The notes below the pieces were generated by a model. That model was not told the DNA's origin. It saw only the letters and a list, made by a program, of their open reading frames with translations, and ran no database searches. This document shows, in pieces, positions 15,700 through 22,955 of a DNA stretch of 24,398 nt. Position 1 is the stretch's first letter. Every line of letters starts with the position of its first letter. Where the stretch lies: IMG/VR virus record IMGVR_UViG_3300012979_000023, positions 1-24,398 of that record; one strand, 5' to 3'. Made by a program: the position numbers and the translations under genes. Source of the DNA: a virus.

Positions 15700-16002
15700 T
15701 TACTCATTTACTTCCATAAGAACAGCAAACCATTCATTGCCACTCTTAATTTGACGCATTAGCTTATACATCTTACCACTAAATTCATAGCGGGTATGAA
15801 CATATTCGTCTAACTTAATATTAGTAATAACATTAAGGGTGAGTGCGGTTGTGGCTCCATACTGGGAGATTTGAGTCTGGGTTGCCCCGACTGAAACGTG
15901 AGCCGGCACTCTTTCTTTATATTCTTTATTTGCGGTATTGCCTCCCATACCATCGCCGGTAAGGGTTAGAACAACACGCTGGATTGTATCTCTTTTAATC
16001 AT
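15700..16002 (-). CDS. Head closure / head-tail adaptor protein (SPP1 gp16-like position), 100 aa
   Basis: Size and position, immediately after the connector gene with an ATGA-type overlap; weak sequence recognition only. Confidence 0.55.
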   Translation of the reverse strand: MIKRDTIQRVVLTLTGDGMGGNTANKEYKERVPAHVSVGATQTQISQYGATTALTLNVITNIKLDEYVHTRYEFSGKMYKLMRQIKSGNEWFAVLMEVNE

Positions 16003-16292
16003 ACTGTTTTCACCTTTCTATATTTATTTAGTAGGCGAACAACTTTATCGCTATAAAAACTATCGTAATCGGCAGACACGCCAGAACTACTTTGACTTGT
16101 AGTCCCTTCACTACCAATACGATTATAACGCTCAATAACCATCTGAATAACTACGAAATCTAACTTCTCATTATAAGCAGGTAGATTACAATAGACATAC
16201 GCCTCTTCTCGGCATAAACCCATTAAAGTGGATAATAGTTCGTCTTGGGCGTCATCCTGAATGTTAAGTAAAATCTTAATCTTATCTAACAT
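15999..16292 (-). CDS. Head-tail connector protein (gp6/gp15-like, Phage_connect_1 type), 97 aa
   Basis: 'MLDKIKILLNIQDDAQDELLSTLMGLCREEAYVYCN' fits the 'vK..L.i.d...D.ll..li..a...i..y' N-terminal signature. It is the first gene after the capsid terminator. Confidence 0.7.
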   Translation of the reverse strand: MLDKIKILLNIQDDAQDELLSTLMGLCREEAYVYCNLPAYNEKLDFVVIQMVIERYNRIGSEGTTSQSSSGVSADYDSFYSDKVVRLLNKYRKVKTV

Positions 16293-16308
16293 AATTCAAT
16301 CCTCCGCT

Positions 16309-16349
16309 AAAAAAATAAGGGCTCGCCTGCCCTATAAGCAAGCAAGCCC
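16309..16349 (-). terminator. Rho-independent terminator downstream of the major capsid gene
   Basis: Minus-strand RNA: GGGCUUGCUUGC-(7-nt loop)-GCAGGCGAGCCC, a 12-bp stem with two G-U pairs (plus-strand arms 16319-16330 / 16338-16349), followed by UUAUUUUUUU (A-run 16309-16315). Confidence 0.8.
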
Positions 16350-16357
16350 AATATCAA

Positions 16358-17137
16358 TTAACCACCAATGGTAATCTTAACAGCCTTGGTAGCGTCAGTT
16401 AGAGCAACGACAGCAACCTTACGACCGAATACGGAATTCTTACGATGGTCAGCATCGCGTTCCTGCTCAACTTCGGTGTCCTTCTTAATGAATAGAGAAA
16501 CAGCATCCTTGGTAGCGAGGTAGCCCTTGCCAGCCTCAACAGCCTTGGAAACGATTACAGGAACACCAGCAACAGTGCCGATATAACCAGTGCGGACGAA
16601 ACCTTCGCTATAAGAGAGGTCGTCTTTAAGAGCCTTACGGAACTCTGCCTTATCAGCAGGAGAGATTAGAAGGAATAGACCCTCTTCATTTTCGAGGTTC
16701 ATCTTTGCGATAGCATCAACAACAACGTCGAAATCCCAAGCAGTGCCGTCCTGGGTTAGGGTAGCCTTGTCAAATTCGCCAATAGCAAGAGTAGTGAATT
16801 GGTTAATTAGGTCGGCGGAAACGCCAGCAAGACCAGTATCAACAACCATAGGGTCAGTCATTTCCTGCTCATCGAAATAGACGAAACGACCCTGGAAGGT
16901 CTTAACTTCATACTCATTAGAGGTGAAACTTACTTCAATATCCTTGGTGTTGCCTTCGCCCATTGCGAGTTCCTCGACGCCAGAAGTAGCAGAATAAGTA
17001 TGAACCTTAATCTTCATACCAGGCTCCTGGGTTAGGGAAGTATCAACAGTCATATAAGCGTTTAAATCTACCTGGGTAGCAAGCATATCTGCTAACTTAT
17101 TAGCAAGAACAAAATTTTCATAAATAGTATGTGCCAT
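16358..17137 (-). CDS. Major capsid protein (259 aa, small HK97-fold type)
   Basis: Follows the scaffold gene and is followed by a strong terminator. It has strongly biased codon usage (AAG, TTC, GAC, ACC, CAG) and about 48% GC against about one-third elsewhere. Ala/Gly/Val/Thr-rich with no Cys, typical of capsid proteins. Confidence 0.8.
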   Translation of the reverse strand: MAHTIYENFVLANKLADMLATQVDLNAYMTVDTSLTQEPGMKIKVHTYSATSGVEELAMGEGNTKDIEVSFTSNEYEVKTFQGRFVYFDEQEMTDPMVVDTGLAGVSADLINQFTTLAIGEFDKATLTQDGTAWDFDVVVDAIAKMNLENEEGLFLLISPADKAEFRKALKDDLSYSEGFVRTGYIGTVAGVPVIVSKAVEAGKGYLATKDAVSLFIKKDTEVEQERDADHRKNSVFGRKVAVVALTDATKAVKITIGG

Positions 17138-17154
17138 AATATATTATCTCCTTT

Positions 17155-17748
17155 TTAATCACGTTTAGTAAGTTGTGAATACAACTTTGGATTAGTTCTA
17201 TAAATTTCAGCCTGTTGGGCTACATTAAGTTTGCTAAATTCTTCACGTGTCATACCGGTCTGTTTGGCGGAGCCCGTCTTCGGAGATGGGTTAGAAATCT
17301 TCTTCGCTACTGCGTCGCTTACTGCGGACTTAAAAGCCTGCTCAAAGACATTAATATTTTCTAACATAGTTTCTGCGTCTTCTGCGACAATATAATCTAC
17401 AAACTCAACTGGTAGTCCTCGTGAGGAGAGCACCTTGGTTGCTTCTAACTTATTCTGGGTGATAGTGAATTCACGCTCTCTACGCTCTAACTCTTCCAAC
17501 TTCTGGTTGTATTCATAGTCTTTGCGTTGAGCTTCATCCATAGTCTTTAACTTTTCAGCCTCTGCCATTTGGCTTTCAAACTGCTTCTGCTGTTTCTTTA
17601 ATGCGTTAGAAACCCTGCGGTCGCCCTCTTTTTGGAGCAACATTTGGACTTCACTTTCAGTATAAGTTTTCTCAACAGTAGTTTCCCCGGTATTGTTCTC
17701 GGTTAAACCTTCGGTTCCGGAACCCTTAACTTCAATATTTTCAGTCAT
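17155..17748 (-). CDS. Capsid scaffolding protein (DUF4355-like)
   Basis: Charged coiled-coil sequence 'QKQFESQMAEAEKLKTMDEAQRKDYEYNQKLEELERREREF...' with '...LSSRGLPVEFVDYIV' lies directly upstream of the capsid gene. Confidence 0.8.
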   Translation of the reverse strand: MTENIEVKGSGTEGLTENNTGETTVEKTYTESEVQMLLQKEGDRRVSNALKKQQKQFESQMAEAEKLKTMDEAQRKDYEYNQKLEELERREREFTITQNKLEATKVLSSRGLPVEFVDYIVAEDAETMLENINVFEQAFKSAVSDAVAKKISNPSPKTGSAKQTGMTREEFSKLNVAQQAEIYRTNPKLYSQLTKRD

Positions 17749-17848
17749 CTTTATATCCTCCTAAATTTTAAGTTGCCTTCTCGCATAGAGAATTCAACCT
17801 CATCAGTAATAATTGAAAATTATGCCAAACCACTGAAACAAAATTGTC

Positions 17849-18679
17849 CTACTCTTCCTCTAAAATTTCTTCTGTATATTCAACAAAAGAGCAAGCACAA
17901 TTTGGGTGATAAGGCGGTAGTAGGTCGCCCATCTCCGCTTCTTCTAACGGGACTGCGTCGCCTACGTAATCTAAACAAATTCCACCGCACACTGCGTCGC
18001 CGACAATCTCTACATATTCTACGCCAATAGACAATAGAACCTTTTTAGTAGCCTTGGACCACATAGCCATAGTTTCAGTTTTAAGCAGACGCTCAAATTC
18101 ATAGAATGTGCTGTCAGTCAATTTCTTCCATTCTGCTAACATCCATTCATAGCCCTTGCCTTTGCGAATGCCCTGTTCTAATATAATAGCCAATTTATTC
18201 TGGTAGTCCAAGAGATGAGAATAAAGCCTATCACTAAATATCTTCCCATCCTGGCACCACGGCTTTAAAACCACGGTTTGTTCCACAAGGAAATCAGGTA
18301 GTATGCCGAACTCTGTGCGGTTATAGATAGAGAAGGTAGCCCGCATAGTCTCTTTATATGAACGCATCATACTCTCTTTAATAACCTGGGCTCCCATCCA
18401 ACACCAATCTACAAAACGGCGTAATTCTTTTCGCTCTATATCCTTCAACGCCATATATAGTCGTGGGTGGTTCTCTAAATCTATCTTCATATCTAAATGT
18501 AGTAGCCCATCTTTAATTAGTTTATCTAAATCTTGTTTGACGCTTATCTCGAATTCTTCCAATAGTATCTCAATCATTTCTATGAGTTTCTTTTGGTCCT
18601 CATAAGCATCAGCCAATAGAGATAGAACAAGTTCTATTGTGGGCTCAATGTATGGATTAATTCTCTTTCGGGGCTTCAT
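17849..18679 (-). CDS. Minor head (head morphogenesis) protein, SPP1 gp7 / Mu F family
   Basis: The C-terminal 'DAVCGGICLDYVGDAVPLEEAEMGDLLPPYHPNCACSF' carries the PP-x-HPNC-x-C signature of Phage_Mu_F proteins. It lies downstream of the portal. Confidence 0.85.
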   Translation of the reverse strand: MKPRKRINPYIEPTIELVLSLLADAYEDQKKLIEMIEILLEEFEISVKQDLDKLIKDGLLHLDMKIDLENHPRLYMALKDIERKELRRFVDWCWMGAQVIKESMMRSYKETMRATFSIYNRTEFGILPDFLVEQTVVLKPWCQDGKIFSDRLYSHLLDYQNKLAIILEQGIRKGKGYEWMLAEWKKLTDSTFYEFERLLKTETMAMWSKATKKVLLSIGVEYVEIVGDAVCGGICLDYVGDAVPLEEAEMGDLLPPYHPNCACSFVEYTEEILEEE

Positions 18680-18872
18680 TCGCTTCTACTCCCTTTTGGT
18701 ATTGTGTGCCGAAATAGAAAGCAATGATGGTAGTATAAATCATCATAAACTCTTGCGGAATAACCACGGTTGGAATGAAAATACTACAAATCAATAGGGC
18801 ACAGAACACTAATGTAGTAGTAATAGTAATAATAGATTTCACTTTAAGTAAATTTTTCCAAGTCTCTTTCAT
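18657..18872 (-). CDS. Small membrane protein, two predicted TM helices (71 aa)
   Basis: Strong RBS AAAGGAGGTAAGAGT-ATG. Hydrophobic helices are 'SIITITTTLVFCALLICSIFI' and 'FMMIYTTIIAFYFGT'. The 3' end overlaps the minor head gene start. Confidence 0.65.
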   Translation of the reverse strand: MKETWKNLLKVKSIITITTTLVFCALLICSIFIPTVVIPQEFMMIYTTIIAFYFGTQYQKGVEANEAPKEN

Positions 18873-18900
18873 ACTCTTACCTCCTTTTTTAAGGGTATAG

Positions 18901-18928
18901 AAAAACCCCAGAGCGTTTTGCTCCGGGG
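18901..18928 (-). terminator. Rho-independent terminator after the 86-aa ORF
   Basis: Minus-strand RNA: CCCCGGAGC-AAAAC-GCUCUGGGG, a 9-bp stem with one G-U pair (plus-strand arms 18906-18914 / 18920-18928), followed by UUUUU (18901-18905). It starts 6 nt after the TAA at 18935-18937. Confidence 0.8.
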
Positions 18929-18934
18929 TCTAAA

Positions 18935-19195
18935 TTAGTCTTTAAGATACGCGGGACGAACCTTTGGGAAGTAATGAAAATAGTTATCACCGAAAAATTT
19001 GGGGTTCTTAACTCTATCAACGAGACCGCTATTATACATAGAAGTAAGTCTCTGTGGCGAAATGGCAACACCAAGTTCTTTGCTCCAATCATTAGCAGTC
19101 ATCCAACAATTACTAACCTGTGTAAGAACACGCTCAAAATTAATACCATTCATTTCAACATAACCATACATCATACCGAGCATCTTTTCATTCAT
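18935..19195 (-). CDS. Hypothetical 86-aa protein with a possible winged-helix segment; has its own promoter and terminator
   Basis: ORF flanked by the 19229-19257 promoter and the 18901-18928 terminator. 'TANDWSKELGVAISPQRLTSMYNSGLVDR' is HTH-like. No family recognised. Confidence 0.6.
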   Translation of the reverse strand: MNEKMLGMMYGYVEMNGINFERVLTQVSNCWMTANDWSKELGVAISPQRLTSMYNSGLVDRVKNPKFFGDNYFHYFPKVRPAYLKD

Positions 19196-19228
19196 AGATT
19201 TTTATTCTCTCTTTCATTTGATATAATA

Positions 19229-19257
19229 ATTATATCATTTATTTTTGTAAAAATCAA
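19229..19257 (-). promoter_or_regulatory. Sigma-70/SigA-type promoter with extended -10
   Basis: Minus strand: TTGATT (19257-19252), a 17-nt spacer, then TGaTATAAT (-10 at 19234-19229). It lies in the 71-nt gap between the portal stop and the 86-aa ORF. Confidence 0.7.
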
Positions 19258-19266
19258 ATACCTGAA

Positions 19267-20622
19267 TTATAACTCGTTCTCCGCAGGTTCCTCTTCCTCT
19301 TCTGTTTCCATAGCCTTGGTTTGATATCCAATAGCAGTCTGATAGAAAGGATTTTCTTCCTTCTCGGTCTTAACTCTCTCTAATTCTGCCTGAACATCCT
19401 CTATAAAAGGAATTTGAGCAAGTAGAGTTTCCTTACTTACGATATCACTTAAAGTATTGACCATATTAGCAATGTCAGCATCATTACTGGGAATATTACG
19501 AGTAAAGATAATATCAATACTACGCCAATCAAAACTATTGGCAAGCACGCCTTTTATATTAGCCAATAGTTCAATACGTTGTTGTAAGCCTCGTTTGAAT
19601 TTGCGTTCCTTAATAGCAATTTTATTTTCAGTGCCGAGCAACTTATATTTAATTGCGACGCCAGAAGAGTTAGAAGCAAACTCCTTATCTGCCATATTAG
19701 GACACTTGGCGAACTTATGAATGTCAGCATCAATGCGGTTTTTAATGTTCTCAATATTAGCATCACTGGTCTGTTTAATAAGCCATTCAGCCTTGGTGCC
19801 TTCATCCATTAGTAAGACACGATTTTCCTTCATCTGGCGAACGTCCTCGCTATCTGCCGTAAAGCCATACAAAGCGAGATAAGCATCAACGAAATACTCA
19901 AAGTCATTTAGACTATCGCTCTCTAATTTATCATAGGCATCAATAAGACTAATAATATTTTCAAAGTCGCCGGTCTGCTCTTCGTTGTTCTTATAAATAG
20001 CAATTGGCACCATATTAAAATAATGCTGATAAGTTTCCAATAGTTCGAAAGAACTAATACTCTCATTAGTCTTATAACGAATAACTTCCGTGCTATTAAT
20101 AACTTCTACAATAGTATATTCCTTATCTTCAACAATATCATAATCAGTATAATATCTAATAAAAGCAATGAGATTATTCTCAATAGTTCCATCAAAGATA
20201 GGAATACAGCCCTTGGTATCCAATGCCTTAAACCGCACTTCATCTTCTGCCATATAAGTCATTTCATAAGCAACGCCATAAATGCTGGCGTTCTTGGCGA
20301 GTTCGGCATTTTCATCTGCTTCATCATTATATTCAAAAATTAAGTTAAGTTCTTCTAATGCCTTATCATCATTGCTGGTATAAGTAATAGGCTTGCCGAT
20401 AAAATAACCGGTAAGAGTATCTGTAATATAACTCGCATAAGGATTAGCAATCTTATTATTGGGCTTGGTGGGGTCAGTCATTACTCTATTAAGTATTTCA
20501 TTCTTTGCCAAATAATAATCTTCTAACATTTGTAAGCGAGGTAATTCATTCATCTTATGATTTTTTACGGCACGACGTATTACGTCTTCCGTAAGCAACT
20601 TAATATCCTGTAAAATAATCAA
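19267..20622 (-). CDS. Portal protein, SPP1 gp6 family (451 aa; TTG start)
   Basis: 'NNKIANPYASYITDTLTGYFIGKPITYTS' is typical of SPP1-type portals. It has an acidic C-terminal tail, follows terL, and has AGGAGG 7 nt before the TTG. Confidence 0.9.
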   Translation of the reverse strand: MIILQDIKLLTEDVIRRAVKNHKMNELPRLQMLEDYYLAKNEILNRVMTDPTKPNNKIANPYASYITDTLTGYFIGKPITYTSNDDKALEELNLIFEYNDEADENAELAKNASIYGVAYEMTYMAEDEVRFKALDTKGCIPIFDGTIENNLIAFIRYYTDYDIVEDKEYTIVEVINSTEVIRYKTNESISSFELLETYQHYFNMVPIAIYKNNEEQTGDFENIISLIDAYDKLESDSLNDFEYFVDAYLALYGFTADSEDVRQMKENRVLLMDEGTKAEWLIKQTSDANIENIKNRIDADIHKFAKCPNMADKEFASNSSGVAIKYKLLGTENKIAIKERKFKRGLQQRIELLANIKGVLANSFDWRSIDIIFTRNIPSNDADIANMVNTLSDIVSKETLLAQIPFIEDVQAELERVKTEKEENPFYQTAIGYQTKAMETEEEEEPAENEL

Positions 20623-20635
20623 AATAATATCCTCC

Positions 20636-21883
20636 TTAAAACAACAAATCCTTCTTCATTGTTGTCAATTGAGTTCTTGCGTCTAAACATTGGAGCGAAT
20701 ACCTCAAAGAGTCCAGATAATGGTTATAACAATCCTGGGCTTCGTTGATATACTCATTCGTCTGTTTGTCTTTCTTCCAACTGTAATTAGCCAATTCTTC
20801 CTGAATATTCTTACAATCAGGATGGACTACAATTTCATACTGTTGGAGTTTTTGAATTCCTTGAAGCACACTGCCTTGCCCCTTCACACACGGTCTAATG
20901 CGGGGCACCCCGTGTCGCTTAATTTCTTCGATTGATTTTTGTTCAGCACTGTCCGCACAAATGATACTTTTGGCGAAACCCATCTCCTTAATCTTATCTG
21001 CGATAGCATCATTAAGGAAATTCGTGCCACCCCATTCTTTAAACACGTAGATGCGTCGTTCATTTTCAACCAAAAGAGACGCAACAAAAGCGGTCGGGTC
21101 ATTGGTATAACCAAAGTCCAAACCGCAAAGTAATTGACCCTTAATGTTATCTGGATTAAACTCCATAACTTGCCAATTATTATATATTAACTTGTCTAAT
21201 GACCCAAACTCTCCTAACGCGTAAATCTTATAATAAACTTCATTAGTAGCCTTCATCATTAGTAAGGCTTTTACATAGTCCTCCGGAAGATGAGGATTAT
21301 CAAGATAAGTAGTATGAATTATTTTCACAGTTTTTCTAAACTCTTTTAATTCCGGGTTATCGGCAAAAAATTGTAAATAACACCAATTCGCCTTTGACAC
21401 GGGATTTAGTGATAGGATAATTTCTTGGTCTTCTGCCCGCGGGTCTCTAACACGCAGGTTAATTTGGCTGAAATCGTCCAGGGTAAATTCTGTCGCTTCT
21501 TCCAGCCAGGCGTCAGTAAGTCCAGCGATGGATTTGATTTTTTCGGGGTCATCCAAACCCATACACAGGAATGATGAACCATTAGGCAAGGTGATTGTAA
21601 AGTCGGTCCTATTAATATTACAATATTTTAATATATTAAATTGACTTAACACATCCAATAGCAACTGAAAAGTAGAATTCTTGGTTGTGCGATTTACCTT
21701 GCGTAGGACCAGTATTTTGCGTTTGCTTTTTAAGGCTTTATAAATAAGACGTTGTGCTATAAAATAACTTTTTCCACTGCCGGCTCCCCCATAAAACACC
21801 AAAAAACGGTGCCCGGACGGCTCCAAATGTGGCAAATAAACGGGGTTAAATATATTAGTATGAATTCGTAATTTTAGAGCCAC
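20636..21883 (-). CDS. terL: Terminase large subunit, PBSX/XtmB (Terminase_3) type
   Basis: N-terminal 'NIFNPVYLP...FLVFYGGAGSGKSYFIAQRLI' (Walker A) and C-terminal nuclease-type 'GLDFGYTNDPTAF...CADSAEQKSIEE...YNHYLDSLRY'. The GTG start overlaps the end of the upstream ORF. Confidence 0.95.
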   Translation of the reverse strand: MALKLRIHTNIFNPVYLPHLEPSGHRFLVFYGGAGSGKSYFIAQRLIYKALKSKRKILVLRKVNRTTKNSTFQLLLDVLSQFNILKYCNINRTDFTITLPNGSSFLCMGLDDPEKIKSIAGLTDAWLEEATEFTLDDFSQINLRVRDPRAEDQEIILSLNPVSKANWCYLQFFADNPELKEFRKTVKIIHTTYLDNPHLPEDYVKALLMMKATNEVYYKIYALGEFGSLDKLIYNNWQVMEFNPDNIKGQLLCGLDFGYTNDPTAFVASLLVENERRIYVFKEWGGTNFLNDAIADKIKEMGFAKSIICADSAEQKSIEEIKRHGVPRIRPCVKGQGSVLQGIQKLQQYEIVVHPDCKNIQEELANYSWKKDKQTNEYINEAQDCYNHYLDSLRYSLQCLDARTQLTTMKKDLLF

Positions 21884-22110
21884 AGCACTTGACCGTGTTG
21901 AACCAGTAGAGAACGTAATAGATAAGAAATTCTCATATCAATTTCTCTATTTAATTTTACAAATTCTTTTTGTGCCTCTTCATCTTTTAACTCTTCTGGA
22001 TTTGCGGTAATAGCCATCCGCATAGCCATTAGTGAGTTGCTAAATTCCTGTGCTTTTTCTGCGGAACTCTTAAATAGTTCCTCTAACTGTTTCTTCTGTT
22101 CGTCAGTCAT
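21874..22110 (-). CDS. Hypothetical acidic helical protein (78 aa) wedged between terS and terL
   Basis: GGAGG RBS inside the terS 3' end. It overlaps terS by 8 nt and terL by 10 nt. No motif recognised. Confidence 0.55.
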   Translation of the reverse strand: MTDEQKKQLEELFKSSAEKAQEFSNSLMAMRMAITANPEELKDEEAQKEFVKLNREIDMRISYLLRSLLVQHGQVLWL

Positions 22111-22486
22111 TATTATCCTCCACTAATGATACCTCAATAGTATCTTTATTTTCTGTTTTAACAACCTGTAAGCCAAGGTTTTTAGAGAGTAATTCTAATG
22201 CTTTAAGTTTTGCCGAGGTATTATACACTTGGTCGCCTTTTTCAGCAAAACCAATAGAAGCCAATTCAGTTATAATACGTGTGGCGTCTATGTTAAGACT
22301 TTCATATATTTCTTCACGACGCTTGCGAATATACTCAATTACCTCTGGGTCTTTTAAAATTGTATATGGATATCTTGGATTTTTCTGTTCTTTCCCGTCT
22401 TTGGGATACGCGACCCGATATGCCTGAACCGCGTTAAATCCATTGGCTAAATAAGCCTCCGCAAAAATTCTGCGGGCTTCTGTCAT
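22103..22486 (-). CDS. terS: Terminase small subunit (Terminase_2 type)
   Basis: 'RIFAEAYLANGFNAVQAYRVAYP' matches the 'F..eYl..gfNatqAa..AGYs' N-terminal HTH of Terminase_2 small subunits. It lies upstream of terL. Confidence 0.85.
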   Translation of the reverse strand: MTEARRIFAEAYLANGFNAVQAYRVAYPKDGKEQKNPRYPYTILKDPEVIEYIRKRREEIYESLNIDATRIITELASIGFAEKGDQVYNTSAKLKALELLSKNLGLQVVKTENKDTIEVSLVEDNND

Positions 22487-22492
22487 ACGAAA

Positions 22493-22699
22493 TCACTCCT
22501 TCCCTTTTGGCAGACCGAACACATTCTTATATTTATTCCACTCGGTTAAACTTTCATTTAACTCGGGGCTGGATTTAAATAACCATATACGGTTGCCGTT
22601 TTTGTGTTTAGTTTCGTTTGTATATGTAAAGCCTTGTAATTTCAGGAAATTTTTAAGTTGTAATGAATAACAGTAGAAATATGTGGTTTGGTTAGACAT
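22493..22699 (-). CDS. Small hypothetical protein (68 aa), possibly DUF5659-like
   Basis: GAGGAG RBS. The pattern 'YSLQLKNFLKLQGF...NRIWLFKSSPELNESLTEW' resembles the small phage DUF5659 family from memory only. Confidence 0.5.
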   Translation of the reverse strand: MSNQTTYFYCYSLQLKNFLKLQGFTYTNETKHKNGNRIWLFKSSPELNESLTEWNKYKNVFGLPKGKE

Positions 22700-22743
22700 A
22701 ATGTATTCTCCTCTTCTAAATAAACATAAACTTTAAAGGTGCC

Positions 22744-22775
22744 TTTTTTATTCAAAACTTGTTTTGAATAAAAAA
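22744..22775. repeat. Perfect AT-rich inverted repeat (15-bp arms, 2-bp centre)
   Basis: ttttttattcaaaac-tt-gttttgaataaaaaa. Arms 22744-22758 and 22761-22775 are exact reverse complements. Confidence 0.9.
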
Positions 22776-22791
22776 TAAATAGGTTTGAAAT

Positions 22792-22840
22792 CTATTAGGG
22801 GACTAATAGGCTAATATCTATTAGGATAACTATTAGGATA
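22792..22840. repeat. Cluster of four CTATTAG-core repeats (three direct, one inverted); iteron-like
   Basis: ctattag (22792-22798) and the inverted ctaatag (22803-22809). 'ctattaggata' occurs at 22818-22828 and 22830-22840, a 12-bp register. Confidence 0.8.
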
Positions 22841-22882
22841 TGGGTAATTAAATAATTCAACCGAAGATAATCTTTTAATTCA

Positions 22883-22945
22883 TCGTCTTGTAATTATTTA
22901 TTACGTCGTAAGGTAATAAAATAATACATCGTAAGGTAATAAAAT
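22883..22945. repeat. Three 17-bp direct repeats in a 23-bp register (two perfect, one degenerate); iteron-like
   Basis: 'tcgtaaggtaataaaat' at 22906-22922 and 22929-22945 (identical). A degenerate copy 'tcgtcttgtaattattt' is at 22883-22899 (11/17). The array lies immediately 3' of the Rep-like gene stop. Confidence 0.85.
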
Positions 22946-22955
22946 GAATCACTTT

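Noticed and set aside
18889-19324. ORFs 18889-19092 (-) and 18974-19324 (+) overlapping the 86-aa gene
   Set aside because: One runs through the terminator hairpin and the other through the promoter. Neither has an RBS. The 86-aa frame is the one bracketed correctly by promoter and terminator.
19457-21133. Short ORFs inside or antisense to the portal and terL genes (19457-19720, 19554-19805, 20690-20935, 20884-21114, 20939-21133)
   Set aside because: They are nested in genes with unambiguous family signatures, and there is no independent support for them.
22744-22775. The 32-bp palindrome as a rho-independent terminator
   Set aside because: The stem is almost purely A/T and the loop is only 2 nt. 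On both strands the T-run precedes the hairpin rather than following it, so an operator or unwinding-element role is more likely.
22792-22945. Short direct repeats as a CRISPR array
   Set aside because: There are only 2-4 copies of 11-17 bp with 1-6 bp spacers, no cas genes, and helical phasing typical of iterons.
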